DNA of 52,398 nt from a bacterium (GTDB lineage Bacteria > Chloroflexota > Dormibacteria > Aeolococcales > Bog-877). A program made the translations under genes and the position numbers. Numbering within the stretch: the stretch's first letter is position 1; the number at the start of each line of letters is the position of its first letter. The notes beneath the pieces are model-generated. The model did no database searches, was not told where the DNA came from, and saw only the letters and a program-made list of their open reading frames with translations. The stretch covers positions 1-52,398 of the forward strand of contig JAJZJU010000002.1 in assembly GCA_021809895.1 (NCBI GenBank), read 5' to 3'. Below are positions 26,317 through 35,997 of this stretch, piece after piece.

Positions 26317-27708
26317 TCAGGCGGCCTTGACGGCCGCCACCAGCTTGGTCAGGGAGTCCTTGGCATCGCCGAAGAACATGATCGTCTTGGGGTCATACAT
26401 CAACTCGTTGTCGATCCCCGCAAAGCCGGGCCGCATCGACCGCTTCATGAACACGATGTTGCGCGCCTGGTCCGCGTTCAGGATGGGCATCCCGTAGATG
26501 GGACTGCCAGGAGAGTTGTGGGCGGCGGGGTTGACCACGTCGTTGGCTCCGACCACCAGGGCCACGTCGGTCGACTTGAAGGAGTCGTTGATCTCGTCCA
26601 TGTCCTTCAGCTGCTCGTAGGGGACGTTCGCCTCCGCCAGCAGCACGTTCATATGGCCCGGCATCCTGCCTGCGACCGGGTGGATCGCGTACTCGACCGC
26701 GACCCCGCGCTTCTCCAGGGCCTCGGCCAGGTCGCGGGCGGCGTGCTGGGCCTGGGCCACCGCCAGGCCGTAGCCCGGGACGATGACCACCCGCTGAGAG
26801 TAGGCGAGGAGGGTGCCGATGTCCTCAGCCGACCCGGAGCGCACGTTCCGGGGACCCGACGCAGCGGTCTCGGGGCCGACCTGGATCTTCCCGAAGGCAC
26901 CGAAGAGCAGGTTGGCGATGGAGCGTCCCATCGCCTCGGACATCATCATGGTGAGGAAGGTTCCCGACGCTCCCACCAGGGTGCCGCCGACGATTAGGAC
27001 GGGGTTACCAAGAACGAACCCGTCGCCGGCGACGGCCAGGCCGGTGAAGGCGTTGAGCAAGGAGATCACGACTGGCATGTCCGCGCCCCCGATGGGCAGG
27101 ACAAACGCCACTCCCAGCACCAGCGCCAGCAGGAGCAGCAACCAGAGCCCGAGAACCCCGATCCCGGCCACCACCACCAGGACTCCCAGGAGCAGGATGG
27201 CCGCGCCGACCGCGGCGTTCACCGGCTGCTGCCCGGGGTAGGTGATCGGAGTGCCCCGCATCATCTCCTGCAATTTGGCGTAGGCGATCCCGGATCCGGC
27301 GAAGCTGGTGGCGCCGATGACGACCGCGAACACCACCGAGATGGAGACCACCAGGGAGGTGGTCCCCGCCGGCCGCCCCAGGAACTCCACGATCGCCACC
27401 AGGGCGGCGGCGCCACCTCCCACTCCGTTGAAGCTGGCCACCATCTGGGGCATCGCGGTCATCTTCACGGCCCGCGCCGCCACCGCTCCGATGGGGATGC
27501 CAATCAGGATGGCAAGCGCCATCAGGATCAGGTTCAGCGCCGAGTGATGGAGGACGAACAGGGTCGTGATGAAGGCGATCACGGCTCCCGCGGCCGCCAC
27601 CAGGTTCCCGCTCCGGGCGTGGCGTGGGGAGCTCAGCTGGTGCAGGCCGACGATGAAGAGCACCGCTGCCAGCAGGTAGAGCAGGGTGATCCCTGAAGGA
27701 AGGCCCAT
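26317..27708 (-). CDS. pntB: NAD(P) transhydrogenase subunit beta
   Basis: MGLPSGITLLYLLAAVLFIVGLHQLSSPRHARSGNL and the C-terminal PGFAGIDNELMYDPKTIMFFGDAK are canonical PntB. Start trimmed to ATG 27708. Confidence 0.92.
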   Translation of the reverse strand: MGLPSGITLLYLLAAVLFIVGLHQLSSPRHARSGNLVAAAGAVIAFITTLFVLHHSALNLILMALAILIGIPIGAVAARAVKMTAMPQMVASFNGVGGGAAALVAIVEFLGRPAGTTSLVVSISVVFAVVIGATSFAGSGIAYAKLQEMMRGTPITYPGQQPVNAAVGAAILLLGVLVVVAGIGVLGLWLLLLLALVLGVAFVLPIGGADMPVVISLLNAFTGLAVAGDGFVLGNPVLIVGGTLVGASGTFLTMMMSEAMGRSIANLLFGAFGKIQVGPETAASGPRNVRSGSAEDIGTLLAYSQRVVIVPGYGLAVAQAQHAARDLAEALEKRGVAVEYAIHPVAGRMPGHMNVLLAEANVPYEQLKDMDEINDSFKSTDVALVVGANDVVNPAAHNSPGSPIYGMPILNADQARNIVFMKRSMRPGFAGIDNELMYDPKTIMFFGDAKDSLTKLVAAVKAA

Positions 27709-27775
27709 CAGAATCTCTCCACGGCTCGGGCCGCAGACCCACAGGAGGGCGAGAGGCCACGGCGGGCGGAGCCCA

Positions 27776-28081
27776 TCAGGGCCGGCCCGGCTGCTTGCGG
27801 TTGCGACTCTTGAACATCTCCAGCATGCGGTCGGTGACCACATAGCCACCGACCATGTTCACAGTCGCCAGAACCACGGCCACGAAGCCGACCGCCAGCT
27901 GCAGGGGGCCGTCCGCTCGGGCCATGATCACCATCGCCCCGACCAGGATCACCCCGTGGATGGCGTTGCTGCCGGACATGAGGGGGGTGTGCAGTATGGT
28001 GGGCACCTTTGAGATCACCTCGAAGCCCAGGAACACCGAGAGCACGAAGATCGTGATCTCGTTGACCAGTTGTGCGTTCAT
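27776..28081 (-). CDS. pntAB: NAD(P) transhydrogenase subunit alpha part 2 (membrane part)
   Basis: At 101 aa it has three TM helices, with LMSGSNAIHGVILVGAM typical of PntA-II. The ATG overlaps the upstream stop (ATGA at 28078-28081). Confidence 0.9.
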   Translation of the reverse strand: MNAQLVNEITIFVLSVFLGFEVISKVPTILHTPLMSGSNAIHGVILVGAMVIMARADGPLQLAVGFVAVVLATVNMVGGYVVTDRMLEMFKSRNRKQPGRP

Positions 28082-29229
28082 GACGTGACCGCTCCTCTGG
28101 AGGCTGCTTCCCGCAAAAGCTGATTGCGGATCTCGCCGGCGTGGGTGGCGCAGGCAGCCTTGGTGATCTCGTCCTCGAAGTCGAGCACCAGCTTGCCATC
28201 TTTGACCAGGTGCCCGGCGATGGCGGCCACGTTGCGGGCCAGCATCTGGCTGGCTGTGGTCGCGACCGTGGCGGGCAGGTTACGCCACCCGAGGATCGCC
28301 ACCTGTCCCGCCCGCACCTCCTCGCCCGGCCTGGTCAGCTCGCAGTTGCCGCCGCTGTCGGCGGCCAGGTCGACGATCACGGAGCCCGGTCGCATCCCCG
28401 CCACCAGCTCCTTGGTGATGAGAATCGGGGCCCGGCGCCCGGGCACGGCGGCGGTGGTCACCACCAGGTCACTCTGGCGCACATGCTGGGCGATCAGCTC
28501 CCTCTGGCGGGCGAGGAACTCCTCGCTCTGCTCTTTCGCGTATCCCCCCTCTCCCTCCTGGGCCTCCAGCTCCAGCTCCACGAAGGTGGCCCCGAGGCTC
28601 TGCACCTCCTCCTTGACCGCTGAGCGCACGTCGGTCGCCTCGACCACCGCGCCCAGCCGGCGGGCGGTGGCGATCGCCTGCAGCCCGGCCACTCCCGCTC
28701 CCATCACCATCACCCGGGCGGGGGCGATGGTGCCGGCGGCTGTCATCTGCAGTGGCAGGATCTTCCCCAGTCGCGCGGCGCCGATCAGGACCGCCTTGTA
28801 GCCTCCGATCGAGGCCTGGGAGGAGAGCGCGTCCATGGACTGCGCCCGGCTGATGCGCGGGATCAGCTCGAAGCTGAAAGCCGTGACCTGACGCTCCGCC
28901 AACCGGTTCAGGACCTCGGCCGGGGTGGATGCCGGCAGAAAGCTGATCATGGCCGAGCCACGGGGCAACAGGTCGGCCTCCTCCACGGTGGGGGGTTGCA
29001 CCTTGCACACCAGCTCCGCCCCCGCCAAACACTGCGTGAGCTCGCCGGCGACCTCGGCCCCGGCCGCTTGCAGGGCCGCATCGGAGAACCCCGCTCCATC
29101 ACCGGCACCGGACTGCACCCAGACCTCCAGCCCGAGGGCCATGAGGCGCGGGATCGAGTCGGGGCTGATCGGGGTGCGGAGCTCGCCATCCACGGTTTCG
29201 CTGGGAACGCTGAGCTTCACGCTCGGCAT
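28078..29229 (-). CDS. pntAA: NAD(P) transhydrogenase subunit alpha part 1 (alanine dehydrogenase-like dI)
   Basis: Has E.R.P..P....L...G..V.V..GAG-type sequence (ETVDGELRTPISPDSIPRLMALGLEVWVQSGAG) and the Rossmann motif VMVMGAGVAGLQAIATARRLGA. Start trimmed to ATG 29229. Confidence 0.9.
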   Translation of the reverse strand: MPSVKLSVPSETVDGELRTPISPDSIPRLMALGLEVWVQSGAGDGAGFSDAALQAAGAEVAGELTQCLAGAELVCKVQPPTVEEADLLPRGSAMISFLPASTPAEVLNRLAERQVTAFSFELIPRISRAQSMDALSSQASIGGYKAVLIGAARLGKILPLQMTAAGTIAPARVMVMGAGVAGLQAIATARRLGAVVEATDVRSAVKEEVQSLGATFVELELEAQEGEGGYAKEQSEEFLARQRELIAQHVRQSDLVVTTAAVPGRRAPILITKELVAGMRPGSVIVDLAADSGGNCELTRPGEEVRAGQVAILGWRNLPATVATTASQMLARNVAAIAGHLVKDGKLVLDFEDEITKAACATHAGEIRNQLLREAASRGAVTS

Positions 29230-29515
29230 CGTATCGGAGCGAGGTGGCCCGCGACCCGAGGATTCCACCCATGCCGCCATCCGGATGTCAGGTCGAACTG
29301 CGGCCGCCAGCGCTCCATGCACGTCGCGGAAGTCGCCGCTCCCTATCTGCCCAGCCACTTTGGTGAGTGGAAACCTCTATGCAACTTCACCCCTCAGGTC
29401 GCACAATCACAAGCGTGAGCGACCATCCAAGTGGAACCCGGCGGCTGCCAACCCCCACGCCCGTGGCCCTGGTCGCCCAGAGTGATGCGCCTGTCGCGCT
29501 CCGGACGGGGCCGCC

Positions 29516-31342
29516 TTGACCGCGGGAGGCGACGGCGGAGCCGACCCGCCTGCGGCGACCGACGTCGGCAACCCCGCCTACTACCACCGGGTGGTGGACT
29601 GCCAGTGGGCCTGTCCCGCTCACACCAACGTGCCCGAGTACATCCGGCTCATCGGTCAGGAGCGGTACGGCGAGGCCTACCTGCTCAACCGTCAGTCGAA
29701 TGTCTTTCCCGCCATCTTGGGGCGCACCTGTGACCGTCCCTGTGAGCCGGCCTGCCGGCGCCAGCGGGTCGACGGCGACCCTGTCGCCATCTGCCGGTTG
29801 AAGCGGGTGGCCGCGGACCTTAGAGGAGATGTGGCGGCTGGCCTTCCCCGGGCTCCAGACACCAAGAACGGCAGACGGATCGCCTGCATAGGTGCCGGCC
29901 CCTCCTCGCTCACGGTCGCCAACGACCTCATGCCCCTGGGCTACGAGGTCACCATCTTCGAGCGCCATCTCAAGCCAGGAGGGCTGATGCGCTCCAACAT
30001 CCCCGCCTTCCGGCTCCCCGCCCCGGTCCTTGACGAGGAGGTGGGGGTGATCCTGGACATGGGCGTGGATATCCGCTACAACAGTCCGGTCGACAGCCTG
30101 AGGCAGATGCTCGGCGCGGGATTCGACGCGGTTTTCATCGGCAGCGGGGCCCCGCGGGGGAAGGAGCTGGACCTGCCCGGCCGCGGGGGTGACGACCCTG
30201 ACGACCCTCATATTCACATCGGCATCGACTGGCTGGAGTCGATCGCCTTCGGCCACGTCACAGCCATCGGGGAGCGGGTCCTCATCATCGGAGTCGGCAA
30301 CACCGCCATGGACTGCTGTCGCTCGTCGCGCCGGTTGGGGGGTCGGGACATCAAGGTTATGGCGCGCCGGCCGCGGCGGTTCTTCAAGGCATCACCGTGG
30401 GAGCTCGAGGACGCCGAGGAGGAGGGGGTTGAGATCGTCGTCAACCACGCACCGCGCCGCTTTGTCCGTGAAGGCGGCAGGCTGGTGGGAGTGGAGTTCG
30501 ATGTGGTGGAGTGGGACGAGGAGGCTGCCCACTCCCGAGTCCTGGAGCAGGTCGTCTTGCCCTGCGACGATGTGATCCTGGCCATCGGTCAGGAGAACGC
30601 CTTTCCCTGGGTGGAGCGGGACCTCGGCCTGGAGTTCGGTCCGGGGGAGTTGCCGGTGGTGAACCCGGTCACCATGCAGACCAGCTTGCCGGAGGTCTTC
30701 ATCGGCGGAGATGCAGCCTTCGGGGCCAAGAACATCATCTGGGCGGTGGAGCACGGTCACCAGGCGGCGATCTCCATCGACAACCACTGCCGCCAGGTGG
30801 CGGTCGAGGAGCGCCCACCGCTGACCATGAATTTGACCAGCCAGAAGATGGGCCTCCAGCAGTGGAGTTATCACAACGATTACAACCCCGCATCCCGCCA
30901 ACCGATGCGGCATCTGGAGCTGTCACGACGGTTCCAGGAGCTCAATCTGGAGGTGGAACTGGGCTTCACCGCCGAGGCGACCGCTCGGGAGGTCCAGCGC
31001 TGCTTGAACTGCGACGTCCAGACCGACTTCGACGCGCCCCTGTGCATCGAGTGCGACGCCTGCATCGACATCTGTCCCGTCCGCTGCCTGACCATCGTGG
31101 CCGCCGCTGGGCTCGAGCCCGCCCAGCTCGGTCCCTTGCTCAGCACCCCTCCCACCAATCCTGAGCAGGCGCTCTTCATCTCGGAGCCGCTGCCCCAGAC
31201 GGGCCGGGTCATGGTGAAGGACGAGAACCTCTGCGTGCACTGCGGCCTCTGCGCCGAACGCTGCCCGACCGCAGCCTGGGACATGGTCAAGTTCGACCTG
31301 GCCATTCCCTACGCCGGTCGGGTCGGGATACCGATCTCATGA
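29516..31342 (+). CDS. GltD/NfnB/SudA-like NAD(P)H-dependent flavoprotein fused to a C-terminal 2x[4Fe-4S] ferredoxin domain
   Basis: The N-terminal Fe-S region is CQWACPAHTNVPEYI...GRTCDRPCEPACRR. The dinucleotide folds are IACIGAGPSSLTVA and VLIIGVGNTAMDC. The C-terminus has two CxxCxxCxxxCP motifs (CIECDACIDICP, CVHCGLCAERCP). TTG start. Confidence 0.88.
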   Translation: MTAGGDGGADPPAATDVGNPAYYHRVVDCQWACPAHTNVPEYIRLIGQERYGEAYLLNRQSNVFPAILGRTCDRPCEPACRRQRVDGDPVAICRLKRVAADLRGDVAAGLPRAPDTKNGRRIACIGAGPSSLTVANDLMPLGYEVTIFERHLKPGGLMRSNIPAFRLPAPVLDEEVGVILDMGVDIRYNSPVDSLRQMLGAGFDAVFIGSGAPRGKELDLPGRGGDDPDDPHIHIGIDWLESIAFGHVTAIGERVLIIGVGNTAMDCCRSSRRLGGRDIKVMARRPRRFFKASPWELEDAEEEGVEIVVNHAPRRFVREGGRLVGVEFDVVEWDEEAAHSRVLEQVVLPCDDVILAIGQENAFPWVERDLGLEFGPGELPVVNPVTMQTSLPEVFIGGDAAFGAKNIIWAVEHGHQAAISIDNHCRQVAVEERPPLTMNLTSQKMGLQQWSYHNDYNPASRQPMRHLELSRRFQELNLEVELGFTAEATAREVQRCLNCDVQTDFDAPLCIECDACIDICPVRCLTIVAAAGLEPAQLGPLLSTPPTNPEQALFISEPLPQTGRVMVKDENLCVHCGLCAERCPTAAWDMVKFDLAIPYAGRVGIPIS

Positions 31343-33222
31343 ACCGGCTCGGGGCGGCGGCTGCGGGCGAGGACCGGGCGACGATCCGGGCGGAGGGGGT
31401 GGTTGGCCGGGGTCGAGTCAATGACTTCGCGATCAAGCTCGCCAACGTGAACGGCACCGGATCCGCCACCGCCAACAGCCTGATCATGCAGGCCATCTTC
31501 CGCATGGGGGTGCCGGTCTCGGGCAAGAACCTGTTCCCATCGAACATCCAAGGACTGCCCACCTGGTACGAGATAAGGGTCAATGCCAAGGGGCACCTTG
31601 CTCGCAGCCGCGAATACGACCTGATGGTGGCCATGAACGGGCAGACCTACGCCGCCGACATCGCCGAGGTGAGCTCGGGAGGGTATCTGCTCTTCGACGA
31701 CAGCTGGGCGCTTGACCCCGGCCTGCGCCGGGCCGACGTCACCTTTTTGGGGGTGCCCCTGGCCAGGCTCTGCAGTGATCGCTTCAGCAGCAGCCGGGAG
31801 CGCATCCTCATGAAGAATGTCGCCTACGCCGGGGCGGTCGCGGCCCTGCTGGCGCTCGACCCAGAGGTGCTGGCCGGGCTGCTCCAGGAGAGCTACGGCA
31901 GCCGTCAGCGGCTGTTGGAGGCGAACCAGCTGGCGCTGCGACTGGGGCACGACTACGCGACCCAGAACTTCTCATGCCCGCTGCCATTTCACCTGGAGCG
32001 CAGCAACCGCACCGACGACCTGATCCTCATCGATGGCAACACCGCCACCGCCCTGGGGGCCCTCTACGCGGGCGCGACCGTGGCCGGCTGGTACCCGATC
32101 ACGCCGGCCACCTCGGTGATGGACAACTTCAGCCATCTGTGTGCCAGGTACCGCCGCGAGGCCAACCCCGAGGCGGCTCCCGGCGACCCCCCGTTTTCCA
32201 ACAATTACCTGATCGTCCAGGCCGAGGATGAGCTGGCGGCCCTGGGTGTGGTGATCGGGGCTGGGTGGGCCGGCGCTCGTGCCTTCACGTCCACGTCCGG
32301 CCCGGGGCTCTCGCTCATGAACGAGCTGCTGGGGCTCGCCTACTACACCGAGATACCGGCGGTGGTAGTGGACGTGCAGCGGGCGGGACCGTCCACCGGG
32401 ATGCCGACCAGGGTCCAGCAGGCCGACATCCTGATGGCGGCCTACGCCTCCCACGGCGACACCAAGCACCTGCTGCTCTTTCCTGGCGACCCCGGCGAGT
32501 GCTTTGAGTTCATGGTCGCGGCCTTTGACCTGGCTGAGCGGTTTCAGACCCCGGTCATGGTCCTGTCCGACCTCGACATCGGCATGAACGATTGGGCGGT
32601 GCCCCGGCTGAGCTGGGACGACGCCTACCAGCCCGACCGCGGCCGGGTGCTGGGTCCGCGGGAGCTGGAGGCGATGCCGCAATTTCATCGCTACGACGAC
32701 CAGGACGAGCTCGGGGTCACCGCTCGCACCCTGCCGGGAACGGACTCGCGAGGCGCCTACTTCGCGAGAGGCTCAGGCCATGATCGACTGGGAGGTTACA
32801 CGGAGAATGAGGTCTCCTACCAGGAGGTGGTCGATCGCCTTCTCAGCAAGCACCGGGCGGCGGCTGCGCACATGCCCAGGCCCGTGATCGAAACCGCCGC
32901 CGCCGCCACGCTTGGAGTCATAACCGTGGGCAGCTGCGAGCCGGCGGTGAAGGAGGCCATCGAGATCCTGGCGGCCAGAGGTACAGTTGCCGACTACATG
33001 CGCATCCGGGGATTCCCCTTCGCCGAAGAGGTCGCGTCCTTCATGGAAGGGCACGAGCTCTGCTTTGTGGTGGAGCTGAACCGCGACGGCCAGCTGCGAT
33101 CGCTGCTGGAGATAGAGGCTCGGGCCCCCGCCCAGCGGTTGCGGTCGGTGCTCATCTACGGCGGGCTGCCTCCCAGCGCGGAACAGGTGGTGGAGCAGAT
33201 CGCCAACCAGTTGGAGGCCTGA
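31339..33222 (+). CDS. korA: 2-oxoacid:ferredoxin oxidoreductase subunit alpha (two-subunit KorAB type)
   Basis: VNDFAIKLANVNGTGSATANSLIMQAIFRMGVPVSGKNLFPSNIQGLPTWYEIR is typical of the KorA N-terminus (fused gamma/alpha domains). The ATG overlaps the upstream stop (ATGA at 31339-31342). Confidence 0.9.
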   Translation: MNRLGAAAAGEDRATIRAEGVVGRGRVNDFAIKLANVNGTGSATANSLIMQAIFRMGVPVSGKNLFPSNIQGLPTWYEIRVNAKGHLARSREYDLMVAMNGQTYAADIAEVSSGGYLLFDDSWALDPGLRRADVTFLGVPLARLCSDRFSSSRERILMKNVAYAGAVAALLALDPEVLAGLLQESYGSRQRLLEANQLALRLGHDYATQNFSCPLPFHLERSNRTDDLILIDGNTATALGALYAGATVAGWYPITPATSVMDNFSHLCARYRREANPEAAPGDPPFSNNYLIVQAEDELAALGVVIGAGWAGARAFTSTSGPGLSLMNELLGLAYYTEIPAVVVDVQRAGPSTGMPTRVQQADILMAAYASHGDTKHLLLFPGDPGECFEFMVAAFDLAERFQTPVMVLSDLDIGMNDWAVPRLSWDDAYQPDRGRVLGPRELEAMPQFHRYDDQDELGVTARTLPGTDSRGAYFARGSGHDRLGGYTENEVSYQEVVDRLLSKHRAAAAHMPRPVIETAAAATLGVITVGSCEPAVKEAIEILAARGTVADYMRIRGFPFAEEVASFMEGHELCFVVELNRDGQLRSLLEIEARAPAQRLRSVLIYGGLPPSAEQVVEQIANQLEA

Positions 33223-33224
33223 CC

Positions 33225-34280
33225 GTGCCGTCCATAACCAAGCCGCTGATCCCGTTGCTGCCTTTGGCGCGCAACGAGCTGGGCCTCACCATGCAGGACT
33301 ACCAAGGGGGGATGTCCACCCTGTGCGCCGGTTGCGGCCACGACTCCATCACCGCGGCTCTGATCCAAGCCTTTTTCGAGCTCTCCCTGCCCCCCCACAT
33401 GATCGCCAAGCTGAGCGGGATAGGCTGTTCCTCCAAGACCCCTGCCTACTTCGCCTCTCGTGCCCACGGCTTCAACTCGGTGCATGGGCGGATGGCCACC
33501 ATCGCCACCGGCGCCGGGGCCGCCAACCGCGAGCTGACCCTGGTGGGAGTATCCGGTGACGGCGACTCTCTGTCCATAGGGCTGGGCAACCTCGCCCACG
33601 CCATCCGCCGCAACGTGAACATGGCCTACCTGATCGAGAACAACGGGGTCTACGGGCTGACCAAGGGGCAGTTCTCCGCCTCCGCAGACGTGGGCTCGCG
33701 GTCACGCCGGGGCGACTCCAACCTGCTGCAACCTGTGGACCCCATCATGCTGGGGTTGAGCTTGGGGGCGACCTTCCTGGCCCGCGGTTTCTCCGGGGAC
33801 AAGGCCCAGCTGGTGCCGATCCTGAAGGCTGCGGTGGCGCACCGCGGATTCGCCCTGGTGGACATCATCTCTCCCTGCGTCCAGTTCAATGACCACGAGG
33901 GGTCCACCAAGAGCTACCGCTACATGCGCGACCACGAGCTGCGTGAAATCGAGACCGACTTCATCGGTCAGCATGAGGAGATCGTGGGATCGCTGGCCCG
34001 CGACCGGGCCACCGCGGTAACCATGCACGACGGCGCCCGCGTCCAATTCCGGACGGTCCCCGAAGGCTACGATCCCAAGGACCGGGGGCAGGTGGAGGCG
34101 TACCTGCGGGAGCGTACGGGGCGCGGCGAGATCGTGACCGGGCTCCTGTTCTTGGACGAGTCCCAACAGGACATGCACGAGACAGCCTTAACTCCACCCA
34201 ACGGCCTCGCGCAGCTCCCCTTCTCGAAGCTCTGCCCGGGCTCAGCCGAGCTGGAGAGCTTTCAGGACGGCCTCCGGTAG
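33225..34280 (+). CDS. korB: 2-oxoacid:ferredoxin oxidoreductase subunit beta (TPP-binding)
   Basis: CAGCGHDSI (Fe-S ligand region) and the TPP motif GVSGDGDSLSIGLGNLAHAIRRNVNMAYLIENNGVYGLTKGQ. Starts 2 nt after the korA stop. Confidence 0.9.
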   Translation: MPSITKPLIPLLPLARNELGLTMQDYQGGMSTLCAGCGHDSITAALIQAFFELSLPPHMIAKLSGIGCSSKTPAYFASRAHGFNSVHGRMATIATGAGAANRELTLVGVSGDGDSLSIGLGNLAHAIRRNVNMAYLIENNGVYGLTKGQFSASADVGSRSRRGDSNLLQPVDPIMLGLSLGATFLARGFSGDKAQLVPILKAAVAHRGFALVDIISPCVQFNDHEGSTKSYRYMRDHELREIETDFIGQHEEIVGSLARDRATAVTMHDGARVQFRTVPEGYDPKDRGQVEAYLRERTGRGEIVTGLLFLDESQQDMHETALTPPNGLAQLPFSKLCPGSAELESFQDGLR

Positions 34281-34464
34281 GACCGTCCGGCGCCTGTACC
34301 TGCGGCGCTTGCGGAGGTGCGAGCCGCCGCAGTCTGTGGGTCATCGTGTGTCCCAGGACGCGGAGGAGCCGGCGGCCATCACATCTGGCGCGCCCGCACC
34401 TTGCAGAGGCGTTGCCGCAACAAAGCGCGATGCCTCGACCCGCAATCCCGAGTAGGCCCCCTCC

Positions 34465-35997
34465 ATGGGCCGGGGCCGGTCCGTCATCCTATGCGGCATG
34501 CCCGGAATCGAACCCTACCTGAGGCGAATGCTGCAGGGGTGGCAGACGATCGTGGTCGCCAACCGCCCTCCCATAGACGTCCATCTGGGGGAGGGCGGAG
34601 TGGACCGGATCACCCGGGGGGGTGGGGGGCTGGTCACCGCCATGGCGTCACTGGCCCGGTCCAGCAACTCCACTTGGATCGGCGCCGCCCGAGGTGAGGC
34701 CGACCACGCCCTCATCGAGACAGCAGGAGAGGACGGGACGGTCGAGGTCACCACCGAGGACCACGAGACCTTCCGGGTTGTCTTTGTGGAGCCCAACCCC
34801 GAGGCCTACGACCTCTACTACAACCAGATCAGCAATCCACTCCTGTGGTTCATCCAGCACTACCTCTGGGACCTGGGTCGCGAGCCGATCCTGGACTCCG
34901 CCACCGGCAGAGCCTGGCGGGAGGGGTACGTCCGAGTCAACCAGGACTTCGCCGACAAGGTGGTCCAGGTCGCCGCCAGGTCGTCGCTGCGGCCCTTGGT
35001 GATGACCCAGGACTATCACCTCTACCTCCTGCCGGCCATGGTCAGGGCCCGCCTTCCGGAGGCGCGGCTGCAGCACTTCATCCACATCCCGTGGCCGACT
35101 CCCCAGTACTGGAAGGTCATCCCGCGCCACATGCGGGATGGGATCCTGACCGGGCTCCTGGGCAACGACGTGGTGGGTCTGCAGACCAGCCTGGACGTGC
35201 GCAACTTCCTCATGACCTGTGAGGAGAACCTGGGTTTGGGTGTCGACCACCGCCAGCGGATCGTCTTCTACGAGGGCCGCTCGGTGTGGGTGCGCGCGTA
35301 TCCCATCTCGATCGACGTCGCGGGCATGGCCAAGATGGCGGCCAGCCCAGCGGTGCGCCAGGAGGAGGAGCTCATCGCCGCCTGGCGCCCGGAGTTGCTG
35401 ATCCTGCGGGTCGACCGCACCGATCTCAGCAAGAACATAGTCCGCGGCTTCCTGGCCTACGAGCGGCTGTTGGAGGCGCATCCCGAGCTCCGCGGCCGGG
35501 TGGTCTTCTGGGCCCTGCTGCAGCGCAGCCGTCAGAACGTGGACGCCTACCGCTCCTACCTCGGGGCGTTGGTGGCCGCCACCGCCAGGGTCAACCGCCG
35601 CTTCCAGACCGGTACCTGGCTGCCCATCAGGCTGGAGGTGGCCGACAACCTCCACCGCGCCGTCGCCGCCTACAAGAACTATGACGCCCTGCTGGTCAAC
35701 CCGATCTACGACGGCATGAACCTGGTCGCCAAGGAGGGGGTGGTGTGCAACGAGAGGGACGGGGTCCTGGTCCTGAGCGAGAACGCGGGTAGCTACGAGG
35801 AGCTGGGCCAGCACGCCCTGGGCATCAATCCCTTCGACATAGACGAGACCGCCGAGGCGCTCCACACTGCCCTAACTATGGCCAAGCGCTATCGGGCCAA
35901 CCGCTCCCGCCAGCTGCGCCAGACCGTTCGCCGCAACGACATCACCCGCTGGATCAGCAATCAGCTCCAGGATCTCAACGACCTGCTGGCGCAATAG
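34465..35997 (+). CDS. otsA: Alpha,alpha-trehalose-phosphate synthase (GT20)
   Basis: IVVANRPP...GGGLVTAM, ISNPLLWFIQHYLWD, DYHLYLLP and VNPIYDGMNLVAKE are OtsA motifs. The true start may be ATG 34498 or 34528. Confidence 0.9.
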   Translation: MGRGRSVILCGMPGIEPYLRRMLQGWQTIVVANRPPIDVHLGEGGVDRITRGGGGLVTAMASLARSSNSTWIGAARGEADHALIETAGEDGTVEVTTEDHETFRVVFVEPNPEAYDLYYNQISNPLLWFIQHYLWDLGREPILDSATGRAWREGYVRVNQDFADKVVQVAARSSLRPLVMTQDYHLYLLPAMVRARLPEARLQHFIHIPWPTPQYWKVIPRHMRDGILTGLLGNDVVGLQTSLDVRNFLMTCEENLGLGVDHRQRIVFYEGRSVWVRAYPISIDVAGMAKMAASPAVRQEEELIAAWRPELLILRVDRTDLSKNIVRGFLAYERLLEAHPELRGRVVFWALLQRSRQNVDAYRSYLGALVAATARVNRRFQTGTWLPIRLEVADNLHRAVAAYKNYDALLVNPIYDGMNLVAKEGVVCNERDGVLVLSENAGSYEELGQHALGINPFDIDETAEALHTALTMAKRYRANRSRQLRQTVRRNDITRWISNQLQDLNDLLAQ

